Positions 21,511-30,466 of a DNA stretch of 42,192 nt are shown here, piece after piece. The notes below the pieces were generated by a model. It saw only the letters and a program-made list of their open reading frames with translations, did no database searches and was not told where the DNA came from. The DNA comes from a virus: the IMG/VR virus record IMGVR_UViG_3300045988_149535, positions 1 through 42,192 of that record; one strand, 5' to 3'. Positions within the stretch are counted from its first letter, which is position 1, and each line of letters begins with the position of its first letter. The position numbers were made by a program, and so were the translations under genes.

Positions 21511-22146
21511 ATGAGATATAAGTTTAAGGAAAAAGAGTTGAAGGAGATACTAAATAAAATTGTGATATTAGTTGATACGAGAGAGCAGGCTAATGAACAT
21601 ATAACAACATGGTTTGATAAGAAAAAGAAAAAGTATGAGTTCCAGGCTTTAGATTATGGAGATTATAGTTGCTATCTACCGGCTGGATCGTTTGAGGGAC
21701 AAACTAGGGATATATATTTTACTGATGATATAGTTATAGAGCGTAAATTCTGTATAGATGAATTAGCTATGAATTTAAAGGATAATAAGACAAATATTAA
21801 TGAGATTACTCAAGAGATAGTTGACTTACTAGGTGAAGAATATTTGAAGAAGGTATTAAAAACTGATTATAACAGGCTTAAATATGAGTTCGCTAATATG
21901 AATAGATATGGAGTTAAGTTTTTCATCTTCATAGAGGATAAGAACTTTGATGAAAATATAAGAAATCAGAATTATAGAGCGCAATATAATCCAGTAAATT
22001 TATATGCTAGATTAAAAGGTTTAGAAAGTGAGTTTGATACTATAATAAGGCCAACAGATAAAACTGCAATGGGAAGCGAGATATATAACACTATTAAATA
22101 TTCTGTAAGAGATGTATTCAAAAATAAGGGATATTTGGAGGAGTAA
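21511..22146 (+). CDS. ERCC4-type (XPF/Mus81-like) nuclease domain protein
   Basis: VILVDTREQ...LDYGDYSC...IVIERKFCIDELAMNL matches the ERCC4 signature (DxRE ... GDY ... ERK..xDL). ATG 21511 follows GAGGAGG. Confidence 0.75.
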   Translation: MRYKFKEKELKEILNKIVILVDTREQANEHITTWFDKKKKKYEFQALDYGDYSCYLPAGSFEGQTRDIYFTDDIVIERKFCIDELAMNLKDNKTNINEITQEIVDLLGEEYLKKVLKTDYNRLKYEFANMNRYGVKFFIFIEDKNFDENIRNQNYRAQYNPVNLYARLKGLESEFDTIIRPTDKTAMGSEIYNTIKYSVRDVFKNKGYLEE

Positions 22147-22147
22147 T

Positions 22148-22357
22148 ATGGATAAAGAAGCGTTGTTAAAAGAACTAGAGATAGCTAAAGCGGATGAAGA
22201 AAAGGACAAGGAGTATATAAGTAAGTTAAAAAGAACTAAGGATAAGGTTAAATATTTAAGGTTAGTTAAAGGATATACCCAAAGAGATACAGCAAGAATG
22301 ATAGGAATTACAGAAAGACATGTACAACGTGTAGATAGAGCGTTAAAAGGTCGTTAA
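22148..22357 (+). CDS. Small HTH protein (sigma region-4-like), candidate late regulator
   Basis: GYTQRDTARMIGITERHVQRVDRALKG. ATG 22148 follows GGAGGAG. Confidence 0.6.
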   Translation: MDKEALLKELEIAKADEEKDKEYISKLKRTKDKVKYLRLVKGYTQRDTARMIGITERHVQRVDRALKGR

Positions 22358-22462
22358 AATGTCATCTAGTAAATGTTTAAAATCATTTATATAATAAACA
22401 TAAGATAAGAAATGTCCAGCCAAACGGTATGGGTGAATTATATCCCAAAGGAGGTGTTTTAG

Positions 22463-22810
22463 TTGTTAGATAAAGAGTTAGTAAGAAGTTTTTACTTAAA
22501 AGGATATAATGCAGTAGAAATAGCTAAGAAAGTAAGCTCAAATACAGAAACAGTAAGAAAATGCATTCAAAGAAACTTCGGAAATCTAAAGCTAAAACAT
22601 GAAATAGGAGTACTACAAAGAAAAGAAGAGTTGAAAGCTACAAATTATGAAGCTAATAGATACATGAGTGATAAATCTTTTGTATTAAAGAATCGCTCAA
22701 TTTATAAAACTCTTCCTAATGGAGATATAGTTATAAATAAAGAAGTGGCTCCGGTTGTTACTTGGGACACACCCAGAAGGTTGGTAAATGAAAATAAATG
22801 TATAGTTTGA
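22463..22810 (+). CDS. HTH protein, candidate late regulator
   Basis: TTG start after AGGAGGTG. N-terminal HTH: FYLKGYNAVEIAKKVSSNTETVRKCIQRN. Confidence 0.6.
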   Translation: MLDKELVRSFYLKGYNAVEIAKKVSSNTETVRKCIQRNFGNLKLKHEIGVLQRKEELKATNYEANRYMSDKSFVLKNRSIYKTLPNGDIVINKEVAPVVTWDTPRRLVNENKCIV

Positions 22811-23137
22811 CTCTCTCATAATTTTAATTGTTTATATAATATTAAGCATCTACCTTTTGGTAGGTGCGACATGGGGATAAAAGACTTGGTACTAGTTTAA
22901 TCTAGAGTAGGTTCGATACCTACTATCTCCAAAGGGGTTAAGTTAATTACCTTCGAGATTATGGAATTAACTTAATTGATAGGTGCTGAGTGTTGTAACC
23001 GTTGTTGATGCAAAATACACTAAAATCTCTCTCATAAATTCTCAATACCCTTTTATAGAAAAGCACTTAGCTAAAATGGTTAAGTGCTTTACATATTTTA
23101 CAGTAGAGTATAAAATTGTAAGTGGGGGTGAGAGAAT
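22811..23137 (+). other. ORF-poor, highly structured 327-bp leader between the regulatory genes and the late region
   Basis: Hairpins at 22846-22867 (9 bp), 22938-22975 (11 bp perfect) and 23060-23090 (10 bp perfect). A tRNA-like acceptor/T-arm mimic lies at 22873-22931. The 11-bp direct repeat ctctctcataa occurs at 22811-22821 and 23027-23037. Confidence 0.6.
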
Positions 23138-23404
23138 ATGCCGAGGAAAAGAGTATCAAAAGGTACTTTAATACCTAATAAAGAGAAAAAATTAGCAGAA
23201 GTGTTTGCTTTACTTAAAGAAGAAAATAATTATGAAGAATTTAAAGAATTGTTTATTAATATGTTCCCTAATGAATGGGAAAGAATTATTAAAAGGTATA
23301 AAGAACATAAAGAGATTAATAAAGGAAATGCAGGGCCAATGCCAGAACCAAATAAATATTTAATAAATGTATATAATAATTATAAGAAGAAGTTAAATCA
23401 ATAA
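23138..23404 (+). CDS. Hypothetical protein
   Basis: GGGGGTGAGAG RBS. Confidence 0.65.
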   Translation: MPRKRVSKGTLIPNKEKKLAEVFALLKEENNYEEFKELFINMFPNEWERIIKRYKEHKEINKGNAGPMPEPNKYLINVYNNYKKKLNQ

Positions 23405-23463
23405 GTAGAAATAGGAGCTCTAGAAATAGGGTTCTTTTATTTTATATAAAATGAGGTGATAAC

Positions 23464-23673
23464 ATGAGTAAGGTAAAGAAAAGACAATATGTATTTCTAA
23501 GTAATTGGACAGGACGAGACTTGAAGTGTGCTTGTTTATTCCATAATCCCTTATGTGAAGAATATAAGAAATGTGAGGAGATAGAACTTACTCTATCACC
23601 TTATGAAGATTTAGAAACTTGCATGAAGGAAAGAAGATATGAACGTAGAAAAGGTGCCTTAAGGCAGAAATAA
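23464..23673 (+). CDS. Hypothetical protein
   Basis: GAGGTG RBS. Confidence 0.6.
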   Translation: MSKVKKRQYVFLSNWTGRDLKCACLFHNPLCEEYKKCEEIELTLSPYEDLETCMKERRYERRKGALRQK

Positions 23674-23724
23674 TTCTGATATCGTGCAAATGAAAGGAGT
23701 GTGTATAATGGTGCTTGATGGAAT

Positions 23725-24417
23725 ATGAAAGATGAAACTATTATTAAATGTGATAGGAATAAATTAAAAGACATATTAGGTATAAGTATTAATGCACTCA
23801 AGCTAGTAGAAAAAAGAGATAATCTAGAATATAGGTTGAGTAAATGTGGTTATGAATTAATAGATAAATATAAGGTTAAAAATAAATATATTTATGTTAT
23901 TAAGAAGAATAACTCAGAGCTAAAGAAGAAAATCGGTAGCATGTATAACACTAATAGAACTGATAAATTCATTAATTATTTTAATATAAGGACCATAGAA
24001 GTACCTAAGACAATAAAAGAGATAGCGGAAGAATCTAAGGTCGCAGAAAAGACAGTAATTAAGTGGGATAATACATTGCAGGATAAAAGAATATTATCAA
24101 AGGATGGCTTTTACTATTTTAAGATAGATAGAAATAGCAATCAGATCACAGAGATAAGCAAGGAGGAATATAAATCCTTCTGGAAAAATAAAGTTTATCT
24201 GAAGGCCTTCGCTGATTTAAGAATGAAATATATCAGGGGAGAAATATCCCTTACAGAATTTCAGTTAACCAGTGGAGATATTGCGGTAATAATAAGCATG
24301 ATAGAGAATAAGCATTGTTTTAAGATTAAAAAGTACAAGGTAAATCGAAATGAGATTTATGAGTACACTAGAAAAATAATAGATGAATATCAAAAGGGTG
24401 TCGTTTTTGAGGGGTAA
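23725..24417 (+). CDS. Hypothetical protein (possible DNA-binding)
   Basis: ATG 23725 has a weak RBS. A 6-codon uORF (23708-23728, MVLDGI) with a strong AAAGGAG RBS ends in an ATGA overlap with it, which suggests translational coupling. Confidence 0.6.
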   Translation: MKDETIIKCDRNKLKDILGISINALKLVEKRDNLEYRLSKCGYELIDKYKVKNKYIYVIKKNNSELKKKIGSMYNTNRTDKFINYFNIRTIEVPKTIKEIAEESKVAEKTVIKWDNTLQDKRILSKDGFYYFKIDRNSNQITEISKEEYKSFWKNKVYLKAFADLRMKYIRGEISLTEFQLTSGDIAVIISMIENKHCFKIKKYKVNRNEIYEYTRKIIDEYQKGVVFEG

Positions 24418-24546
24418 TTACATGCTATATATTATATATATAAGGTGTAATTGTATGCTGAAAATGAAACCTTTTTATCATAGGTTTAGATGTTAAATAT
24501 AATAATAGATTAATGTTAAGGCGTTAAGAGAGTGAGGTGATAGAGC

Positions 24547-24978
24547 ATGGCCAATAAAACATTGAATGATAAGCAGATTAAGGCTATTGAATTATTGGTG
24601 CAAGGTGAGAGTATATCTGATGTTGCGAAGATTATAGGGGCGAGCAGAACTACTGTTTCAACGTGGAAGAACAAAGATGAATTGTTTAAGGCTGAGTTGG
24701 ACAAGTCGCTTCAGGCTCTTAAATCTGATGTAGAAACACAAATAATGAACAATATAAATCCTTTAACTGCTAAGTTAATTAAGATAGCACTAAAAAGCAA
24801 TAGCGATAAAACATCCCTAGATGCCATTATATATACGCTAAATAGAGTGTTAGGAACTCCTACTAATAAGATACAGGATATGAACAACGACAATAGCAAG
24901 AATGAAATAGTGGATATAGACGATATGCTGAATGATATAAGCGATAACAAGGTGATAGAACTACCTAAAGTTAAATAG
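24547..24978 (+). CDS. terS: Terminase small subunit (HTH type)
   Basis: LNDKQIKAIELLVQGESISDVAKIIGASRTTVSTWKNKDELFKAEL is typical of HTH small terminases of Firmicute phages. Lies upstream of terL. Confidence 0.7.
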   Translation: MANKTLNDKQIKAIELLVQGESISDVAKIIGASRTTVSTWKNKDELFKAELDKSLQALKSDVETQIMNNINPLTAKLIKIALKSNSDKTSLDAIIYTLNRVLGTPTNKIQDMNNDNSKNEIVDIDDMLNDISDNKVIELPKVK

Positions 24979-25249
24979 TATTTCGCATTGATACGTACGA
25001 AATGATGGGTTTATTAGTAAAAGTTTATTAATAGTAAACAAAAAATAATAAAACTTAACTCTAAGAATGGCTTAAATAGGTACTTTTACATGACTTCGTG
25101 AAAACAAGATTTAGCGAAATGATTCTCTATAGGAGAATTGCTATCCAAAAGGGTGGGGTAGGTTCTAAATTAGAAATTGCCTTAAGCCTGTCGGCGGACT
25201 CCATAAAATTTTATTATATTTTTTATTCTCAAAGAAAAGAGGTGATAGC

Positions 25250-27010
25250 ATGATTTATTTTGATAATAGATTATTTGAGAAAGAAAACTTATATGAATTA
25301 TATATACTGAAAAAATACCTAACCAAACATTATGATGAAGAAAAGGCTATCGCCTTAATTAAAATGAATTCACATAGGTTAGATGATTTAGCAATGGCAC
25401 TAGGGAAAAATGATATAGAGTTCTTTTGCTTGTATTTTATGAGCGACACTTTTGTTGTTAAGGATAATAATACTGCAAGAGCATTATCTAAGGGACATTA
25501 TGAACTATGGGAACTTGCTAATGATATATTTGTAGCCGATAAATTTGATAAGGCAGCAATAATAGAACCTAGAGGATTTGCTAAAACAACTATATTTGAT
25601 ATGGCGGTTAGTGTATGGCTACATTGTTATAAAAGATCTTTATTTACATTATTAGGTGCTAAAACTGATACTGACGCAACTCAATTCCTTGATTCAATTA
25701 AGAAGGTATTCAACGAAAATCATAAGATAATTAAGTGTTTTGGTAAATTGATAAATGTTAAATCCTACAAAACTAATAACGAAAGATATACAGTAAATGC
25801 TAATGAGGTTGAATTTACTAATGGTACTTATATTAAAACAGTTGGTTCCGGAACTTCTGTTCGTGGTGCTAACTGGGGAGGAATAAGGCCTACTGTATTT
25901 ATTGGTGATGACTTTCAAGACGAAAAGAATATACTTACAGATCCAGCAAGAGAAAAACAATATTCTAAATGGACTAAAGAAATAGAAGAAGTTGGAGATA
26001 AAGCAGTATATAGAAATGGTATCAAGATAAAGGCAGCTACTAAGGTAATCGCTATAGGAACAGTATTGCATGTAGATTGCCTTATGAGTAAATTAAGTAG
26101 GAATAATGATTATTACACTATCTTAAGAAGGGCTATCGTTCTAAATGATGATGAAACTGTAGAAGATATATTCGAAAGCGAATTATGGCGAGAATGTCAT
26201 GATATATATTTTGATGAAAAACTAAATAAGGATGAAAGAAAAATCAAAGCTAAGCAATTCTATGAGGATCACAAGGAAGAAATGCAATTTACAACCTGGT
26301 GGCCCGAAAAATGGGATTGCTTTAATGATTTAGCGGTTAAATATTGGGAGGATAGAAGGTCATTTATGAGTGAATTAATGAATGATGCAACTTCTATTGG
26401 GGAGAAATGGTTTAAATCAGTAGCAACACAAACCAAAGAAGAAATAGAGCAACATGATTTTACTAAAACGATGATGTCTATAGATCCAGCTAGTACAACT
26501 AATAAGAAATCAGATAGTACAAATATAATGGTTGGAAGTAAAGCAACTAATGATTTTACTTATATAAGGGATTTGGTCCATAGAAAACTTACTTTTAGTC
26601 AATATTGCGAAAAGGTTGTTGAGGTTCTAGAAAGAAATCTTGACGTAACTCATATAAACCTTGAAAAAAATACATACCAAGGTGCTGACGTTGAAAAAAT
26701 AAAAGAATTGATAGGAAAAAGCGAAATACTAAAAAGAAAAAAATATATATGGATTAATGAAATGCAAAAGAAAAATAAAGATGAAAAAATCAGCACAATT
26801 GTAGATCAAGTTAATAACGGACAAATAATAATTGTATCTGACGTGGAAGATAGTAAAAAAGCTATTGATGAAATTTTAGAGTTTCAAGGTCAATTATATA
26901 GCGTACATGATGATGCTCCTGATAATCTTGCAGAATTAGAAATAAAACTTAAGACGATAGCAGTTTCAAGTAAAGTAAAAATCCTTGATAGAAGATTATT
27001 AGGGTTATAG
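25250..27010 (+). CDS. terL: Terminase large subunit
   Basis: Walker A-like EPRGFAKTT, Walker B VFIGDDFQDE and a C-terminal nuclease region (MSIDPAS...). 586 aa, upstream of the portal gene. Confidence 0.9.
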   Translation: MIYFDNRLFEKENLYELYILKKYLTKHYDEEKAIALIKMNSHRLDDLAMALGKNDIEFFCLYFMSDTFVVKDNNTARALSKGHYELWELANDIFVADKFDKAAIIEPRGFAKTTIFDMAVSVWLHCYKRSLFTLLGAKTDTDATQFLDSIKKVFNENHKIIKCFGKLINVKSYKTNNERYTVNANEVEFTNGTYIKTVGSGTSVRGANWGGIRPTVFIGDDFQDEKNILTDPAREKQYSKWTKEIEEVGDKAVYRNGIKIKAATKVIAIGTVLHVDCLMSKLSRNNDYYTILRRAIVLNDDETVEDIFESELWRECHDIYFDEKLNKDERKIKAKQFYEDHKEEMQFTTWWPEKWDCFNDLAVKYWEDRRSFMSELMNDATSIGEKWFKSVATQTKEEIEQHDFTKTMMSIDPASTTNKKSDSTNIMVGSKATNDFTYIRDLVHRKLTFSQYCEKVVEVLERNLDVTHINLEKNTYQGADVEKIKELIGKSEILKRKKYIWINEMQKKNKDEKISTIVDQVNNGQIIIVSDVEDSKKAIDEILEFQGQLYSVHDDAPDNLAELEIKLKTIAVSSKVKILDRRLLGL

Positions 27011-27021
27011 GAGGTGATGAT

Positions 27022-28371
27022 TTGAAAATTAGTGACATTGTAAAAAAAATATTCAATAAAGAAATTGGATTAAACTTAAATAACACTGAACATTTAGAAC
27101 TAGTAAAAAAGGCCCATGGCTCATACTATGTCTTTAAAAATATCTATGAAAAAATGTATAGATACTATAAAGGTGATACAGATGCAATAAGGAAATATCT
27201 TTTTATAACCAAAAGGTCTAATTTAAAGATAAATACAAACTATATAAAGAAGTTTATAAAAGAAGAAGTAGCCTACACATTGGGGAATGATATAACTTAC
27301 AAATCAAGAACTGATAACGAAAATATAATAAAAGATATAGAATATTATACAGCTCATTGGAATGAGTTACATGATACTGACCTTATGAAATACTTACTTA
27401 TATTCACAAAAGTATATGAGCTTTATTATATAGATGATAATGCTAATTTTTGCACCAAAATTATTAAACCTACCGAAGGATATGCATACGTTGATAATGC
27501 TTCGGGTAAGGTTTTGTTTTTTATTCATACATTTAAAAATGATTTTGAAACAAATAATAATATTGATGTCTATACTGATGAATATATTTATCACTTTGAC
27601 AACAAATTTAATGAAATAAGTAATCCTACTAAAAATTTATTTGGTGAAGTACCAGTTTCTATAGGCGAGCTAACAGAAGAAGGTTATGACGATAGTTTAT
27701 ACAAAGATTTAAAAGGGATTCAAGATGCTTTTGAAACTAACTTATCTGATATTGGTAATGAAATAAGTGATTTTAGAAATGCTTATATGGTATTTAAAAA
27801 TGCTCAACTTAATGAAGAGGATATACCTAAAATGAAAGAATTGGGTATAATTCAATTTCCGGATTCACCAAATGGTGATGCTGGATGGTTAATTAAGAAC
27901 ATTAACGATACGTTTATACAAAATACTTTAGATAGGTATGAAGATACTATGTATCAATTAGCCTGTCATATAAATCATAATGAAAAGTTACAAAGCAATC
28001 TTAGTGGAATTACTTTAAGGTCTAGATTAATAGTTCTTGAAAATAAATGTAGCTTACAAATAAAAGCTCACAAAAACATAGTTAAAAATAGAATTAGATT
28101 TTTATTTATATATCTAGATTTAAAGAAAAATAAAGTGTATGACTATAAAGATGTAAAAGCTCTTTATACTCCTAATATTCCAACTGATGATTTAGCAACT
28201 GCGCAAATGTTAGCTCAAATACCAGAAGGGGTTATATCAAAAGATACTGCAAGAGGAAGGTTTAGTTTTATAAATAATACGGTTGCTGAAGCTGAAAAAG
28301 TTAAGAAAGAGCAGGAAGAGGAAATGCCACAAGTTGATTTAGATAAAGAATTAGGTGATGAAATTGACTAA
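27022..28371 (+). CDS. Portal protein (SPP1 gp6-like)
   Basis: TTG start after AGGAGGTG. 449 aa, between terL and the head-morphogenesis gene. Acidic C-terminus. Confidence 0.85.
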   Translation: MKISDIVKKIFNKEIGLNLNNTEHLELVKKAHGSYYVFKNIYEKMYRYYKGDTDAIRKYLFITKRSNLKINTNYIKKFIKEEVAYTLGNDITYKSRTDNENIIKDIEYYTAHWNELHDTDLMKYLLIFTKVYELYYIDDNANFCTKIIKPTEGYAYVDNASGKVLFFIHTFKNDFETNNNIDVYTDEYIYHFDNKFNEISNPTKNLFGEVPVSIGELTEEGYDDSLYKDLKGIQDAFETNLSDIGNEISDFRNAYMVFKNAQLNEEDIPKMKELGIIQFPDSPNGDAGWLIKNINDTFIQNTLDRYEDTMYQLACHINHNEKLQSNLSGITLRSRLIVLENKCSLQIKAHKNIVKNRIRFLFIYLDLKKNKVYDYKDVKALYTPNIPTDDLATAQMLAQIPEGVISKDTARGRFSFINNTVAEAEKVKKEQEEEMPQVDLDKELGDEID

Positions 28372-29086
28372 GGAAGAAAAGTTTATAGAAAGTCTTTATA
28401 AACTAGCTGAGAAGCAACTGCAAAAGATTTATAAATTTAAAAGAGTTAGTAGAGATGCAATCTTACAAGAAATAGCTAATGTTTTATTAACTTATACTAT
28501 TGCAAATGATGTTATGGTAATGGATAGAGCAACTATTGAGAAAGAATATAATAAGATGTCTAAATTAGTAAATGATATAGCAAAAGGTGAAGCAGCTTCT
28601 CAAGAAAAAATAATTGAAGAGCTCTTATCAACTGTAGTCAAAGAAACTTTTAGTTTTTATAACTATAATAAAGGATTTAAAGATGTAAAGAAGATTATAG
28701 AAGATAATTTTAAAGGAAAACATTTTTCAGAAAGAATTTGGAGCAACGAAAAAGAGGTTGCTAATCACTTAGATAAAAAAGTGAAAGATTTCCTTAAAGG
28801 AAAGGTAAATGTAAATCAAATTAGAAAAGATATTGAGAAAACATTTAATGCTAGTGCTTATAATTCAAAAAGGTTAGTAGAGACAGAAGTTTCTAGGGTT
28901 TCAAGTAATGCCTTTGATAGGTATTGTGAGGAAACAGGAGTTAAGAAAGTTAGATATAATGCAACTTTAGATAGTAAGTTATGTGATGATTGTGGGAAAT
29001 ATCACGATAAAGTATTCGATATTAAAGATAAGTTAGAAACGCCAAGGCACCCTTGTTGTCGCTGTTTCTACACAATCGAGGAATAA
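28355..29086 (+). CDS. Head morphogenesis / minor capsid protein (SPP1 gp7 / Mu F-like)
   Basis: FSERIWSNEKE...SAYNSKRLVETEVSRV...ATLDSKLCDDCGKYHDKVF...PRHPCCRC. The start is ambiguous (GTG 28355, ATG 28358 or TTG 28364). Confidence 0.85.
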   Translation: MMKLTKEEKFIESLYKLAEKQLQKIYKFKRVSRDAILQEIANVLLTYTIANDVMVMDRATIEKEYNKMSKLVNDIAKGEAASQEKIIEELLSTVVKETFSFYNYNKGFKDVKKIIEDNFKGKHFSERIWSNEKEVANHLDKKVKDFLKGKVNVNQIRKDIEKTFNASAYNSKRLVETEVSRVSSNAFDRYCEETGVKKVRYNATLDSKLCDDCGKYHDKVFDIKDKLETPRHPCCRCFYTIEE

Positions 29087-29101
29087 GGGGAGGATATATA
29101 A

Positions 29102-29308
29102 ATGGAACGATTTGAAGTAGTAGTGAGAATGAAAAGTGGCGATACTCATATATTTCTGACAGATGATAGTGATATATGTGATCGCGTTATTGATGAAGTG
29201 AATTTAGGTAGAGATTTTATATCAATAGAAGGTCATTTGTTAATTAATCTTGATGAATTAGAATCAATTTCAAATAAGCCGATATTAGTAATAAATTCTA
29301 AGTCTTAG
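29102..29308 (+). CDS. Hypothetical protein
   Basis: GGGGAGG RBS. Confidence 0.6.
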   Translation: MERFEVVVRMKSGDTHIFLTDDSDICDRVIDEVNLGRDFISIEGHLLINLDELESISNKPILVINSKS

Positions 29309-29330
29309 GAAACTAAGGCTTTTAATTTTG
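29301..29330 (+). terminator. Weak terminator-like hairpin inside the head module
   Basis: 7-bp stem gtcttag/ctaaggc (one G-U pair), loop gaaa, then ttttaatttt. Confidence 0.4.
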
Positions 29331-29440
29331 CTCTAAATTCGTCTTGTGTGCTTTATGTGTACAAGGGGGATAAATACATTACTAAGTTAAATAATTTTGT
29401 GTCACAAGGCTCATAGAGGTTTGTGGGATAAGGAGGATGT

Positions 29441-30076
29441 ATGTTAAAGAAAGAATTATTAAAATTAATAGAAAAAGCTGGTGATGATGAAAATATAGAT
29501 TCATTACTAGAAAATAGTGATTTAGCTAAGTCACTACAAGCTAGTGGACTTACCTTAGAGGCCTTTAAGGAAAAATTAAAGAATGATAAAGACTTTAAAG
29601 CTTTTATTGATAGCGAAAATGACAAGTATCATAGTAAGGCTTTAAAAACTTGGAAAGAGAATAACTTAGAAAAGGAGCTTGAACCTTTTATTAAGGATAA
29701 GTATCCAGATTTGGTTACGGATCCAGTACAAAAGAAGGTGCTAGAACTAGAAAAGGAATTAGAAAAAGAAAGACAAGCTAATGCGAGAAAAGACCTATTA
29801 ACTCAGGCTATAAAATATGCAGCAGATAAAAAATTACCTGCCAGTGTAGTTGAAAAGTGCTTAGGTGAAGATTTTGATAAAACTAAAGAAGTTATAGATT
29901 CTATAGCTGATGATTGGTCTAAAGGTCTTGAAGCAATAGCTACTGAGAAAATGAAACAATCTAGTTATATACCAGGTAAAGGAGCAGATGGAAAAACAAT
30001 TAGTATTGGAGCTTCTATTGCAGCTCAAAACAATTCAAAATCAAGTGCTCCAAGTAATCCTTGGGGCGATAAATAA
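29441..30076 (+). CDS. Scaffolding protein
   Basis: Helical, charged 211-aa protein immediately upstream of the capsid genes. AAGGAGG RBS. Confidence 0.75.
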   Translation: MLKKELLKLIEKAGDDENIDSLLENSDLAKSLQASGLTLEAFKEKLKNDKDFKAFIDSENDKYHSKALKTWKENNLEKELEPFIKDKYPDLVTDPVQKKVLELEKELEKERQANARKDLLTQAIKYAADKKLPASVVEKCLGEDFDKTKEVIDSIADDWSKGLEAIATEKMKQSSYIPGKGADGKTISIGASIAAQNNSKSSAPSNPWGDK

Positions 30077-30088
30077 GGAGGAAATTTT

Positions 30089-30451
30089 ATGTATTTTAAA
30101 AGATCAAATTATGAAAATGATATGGAGATTTTAGTTACTGAAAAGAATTTAGTTACTTTTTCAGGAACTGTATTAGCTTCAAATGTTACTCAAGCTGATG
30201 AGAATGGAAGAAAGTATGTAAAAGCTGGTTCTTTTATTGATGCTACAGGTGCAGTTGTAAAACCAAGTGGAACAAGCTTTGAAGGTAATCCAATAGGGAT
30301 TCTTTATAAAACAGTAGATGTAACAAACGGAGATGCTCCAGCTTCAATAATAGTTGAAGGTTACTTAAGAGAAGATAGAGTATTTGATGGTTTTGAAGAA
30401 GATGCTAAAACTGCTGCTAAAGCAAAAGTGCCAAATATAAAATTTAGATAG
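30089..30451 (+). CDS. Putative head decoration or other structural protein
   Basis: 120-aa ORF with an AAGGAGG RBS, between the scaffold and major capsid genes. Confidence 0.45.
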   Translation: MYFKRSNYENDMEILVTEKNLVTFSGTVLASNVTQADENGRKYVKAGSFIDATGAVVKPSGTSFEGNPIGILYKTVDVTNGDAPASIIVEGYLREDRVFDGFEEDAKTAAKAKVPNIKFR

Positions 30452-30466
30452 GAAGGTGAATAATAA

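Noticed and set aside
22873-22931. Possible tRNA gene (7-bp acceptor stem, perfect T-arm gtagg-ttcgata-cctac, discriminator A).
   Set aside because: It is only about 58 nt with no D-arm. The central stem is 4 bp with a 6-nt loop and no variable region, so it is not a canonical tRNA. It is kept only as a tRNA-like structural element within the late leader finding.
22983-23171. 62-aa ORF in the late leader.
   Set aside because: It has no RBS and a GTG start inside a structured region. It overlaps the well-supported ATG and RBS of 23138-23404 in another frame.
23406-23430. Direct repeat tagaaatagg x2, spaced 15 bp apart, just after the 23138-23404 stop.
   Set aside because: It is a short AT-rich 10-mer pair with no associated promoter or hairpin that I could define. 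It could be a binding site, but the evidence is too thin for a finding.
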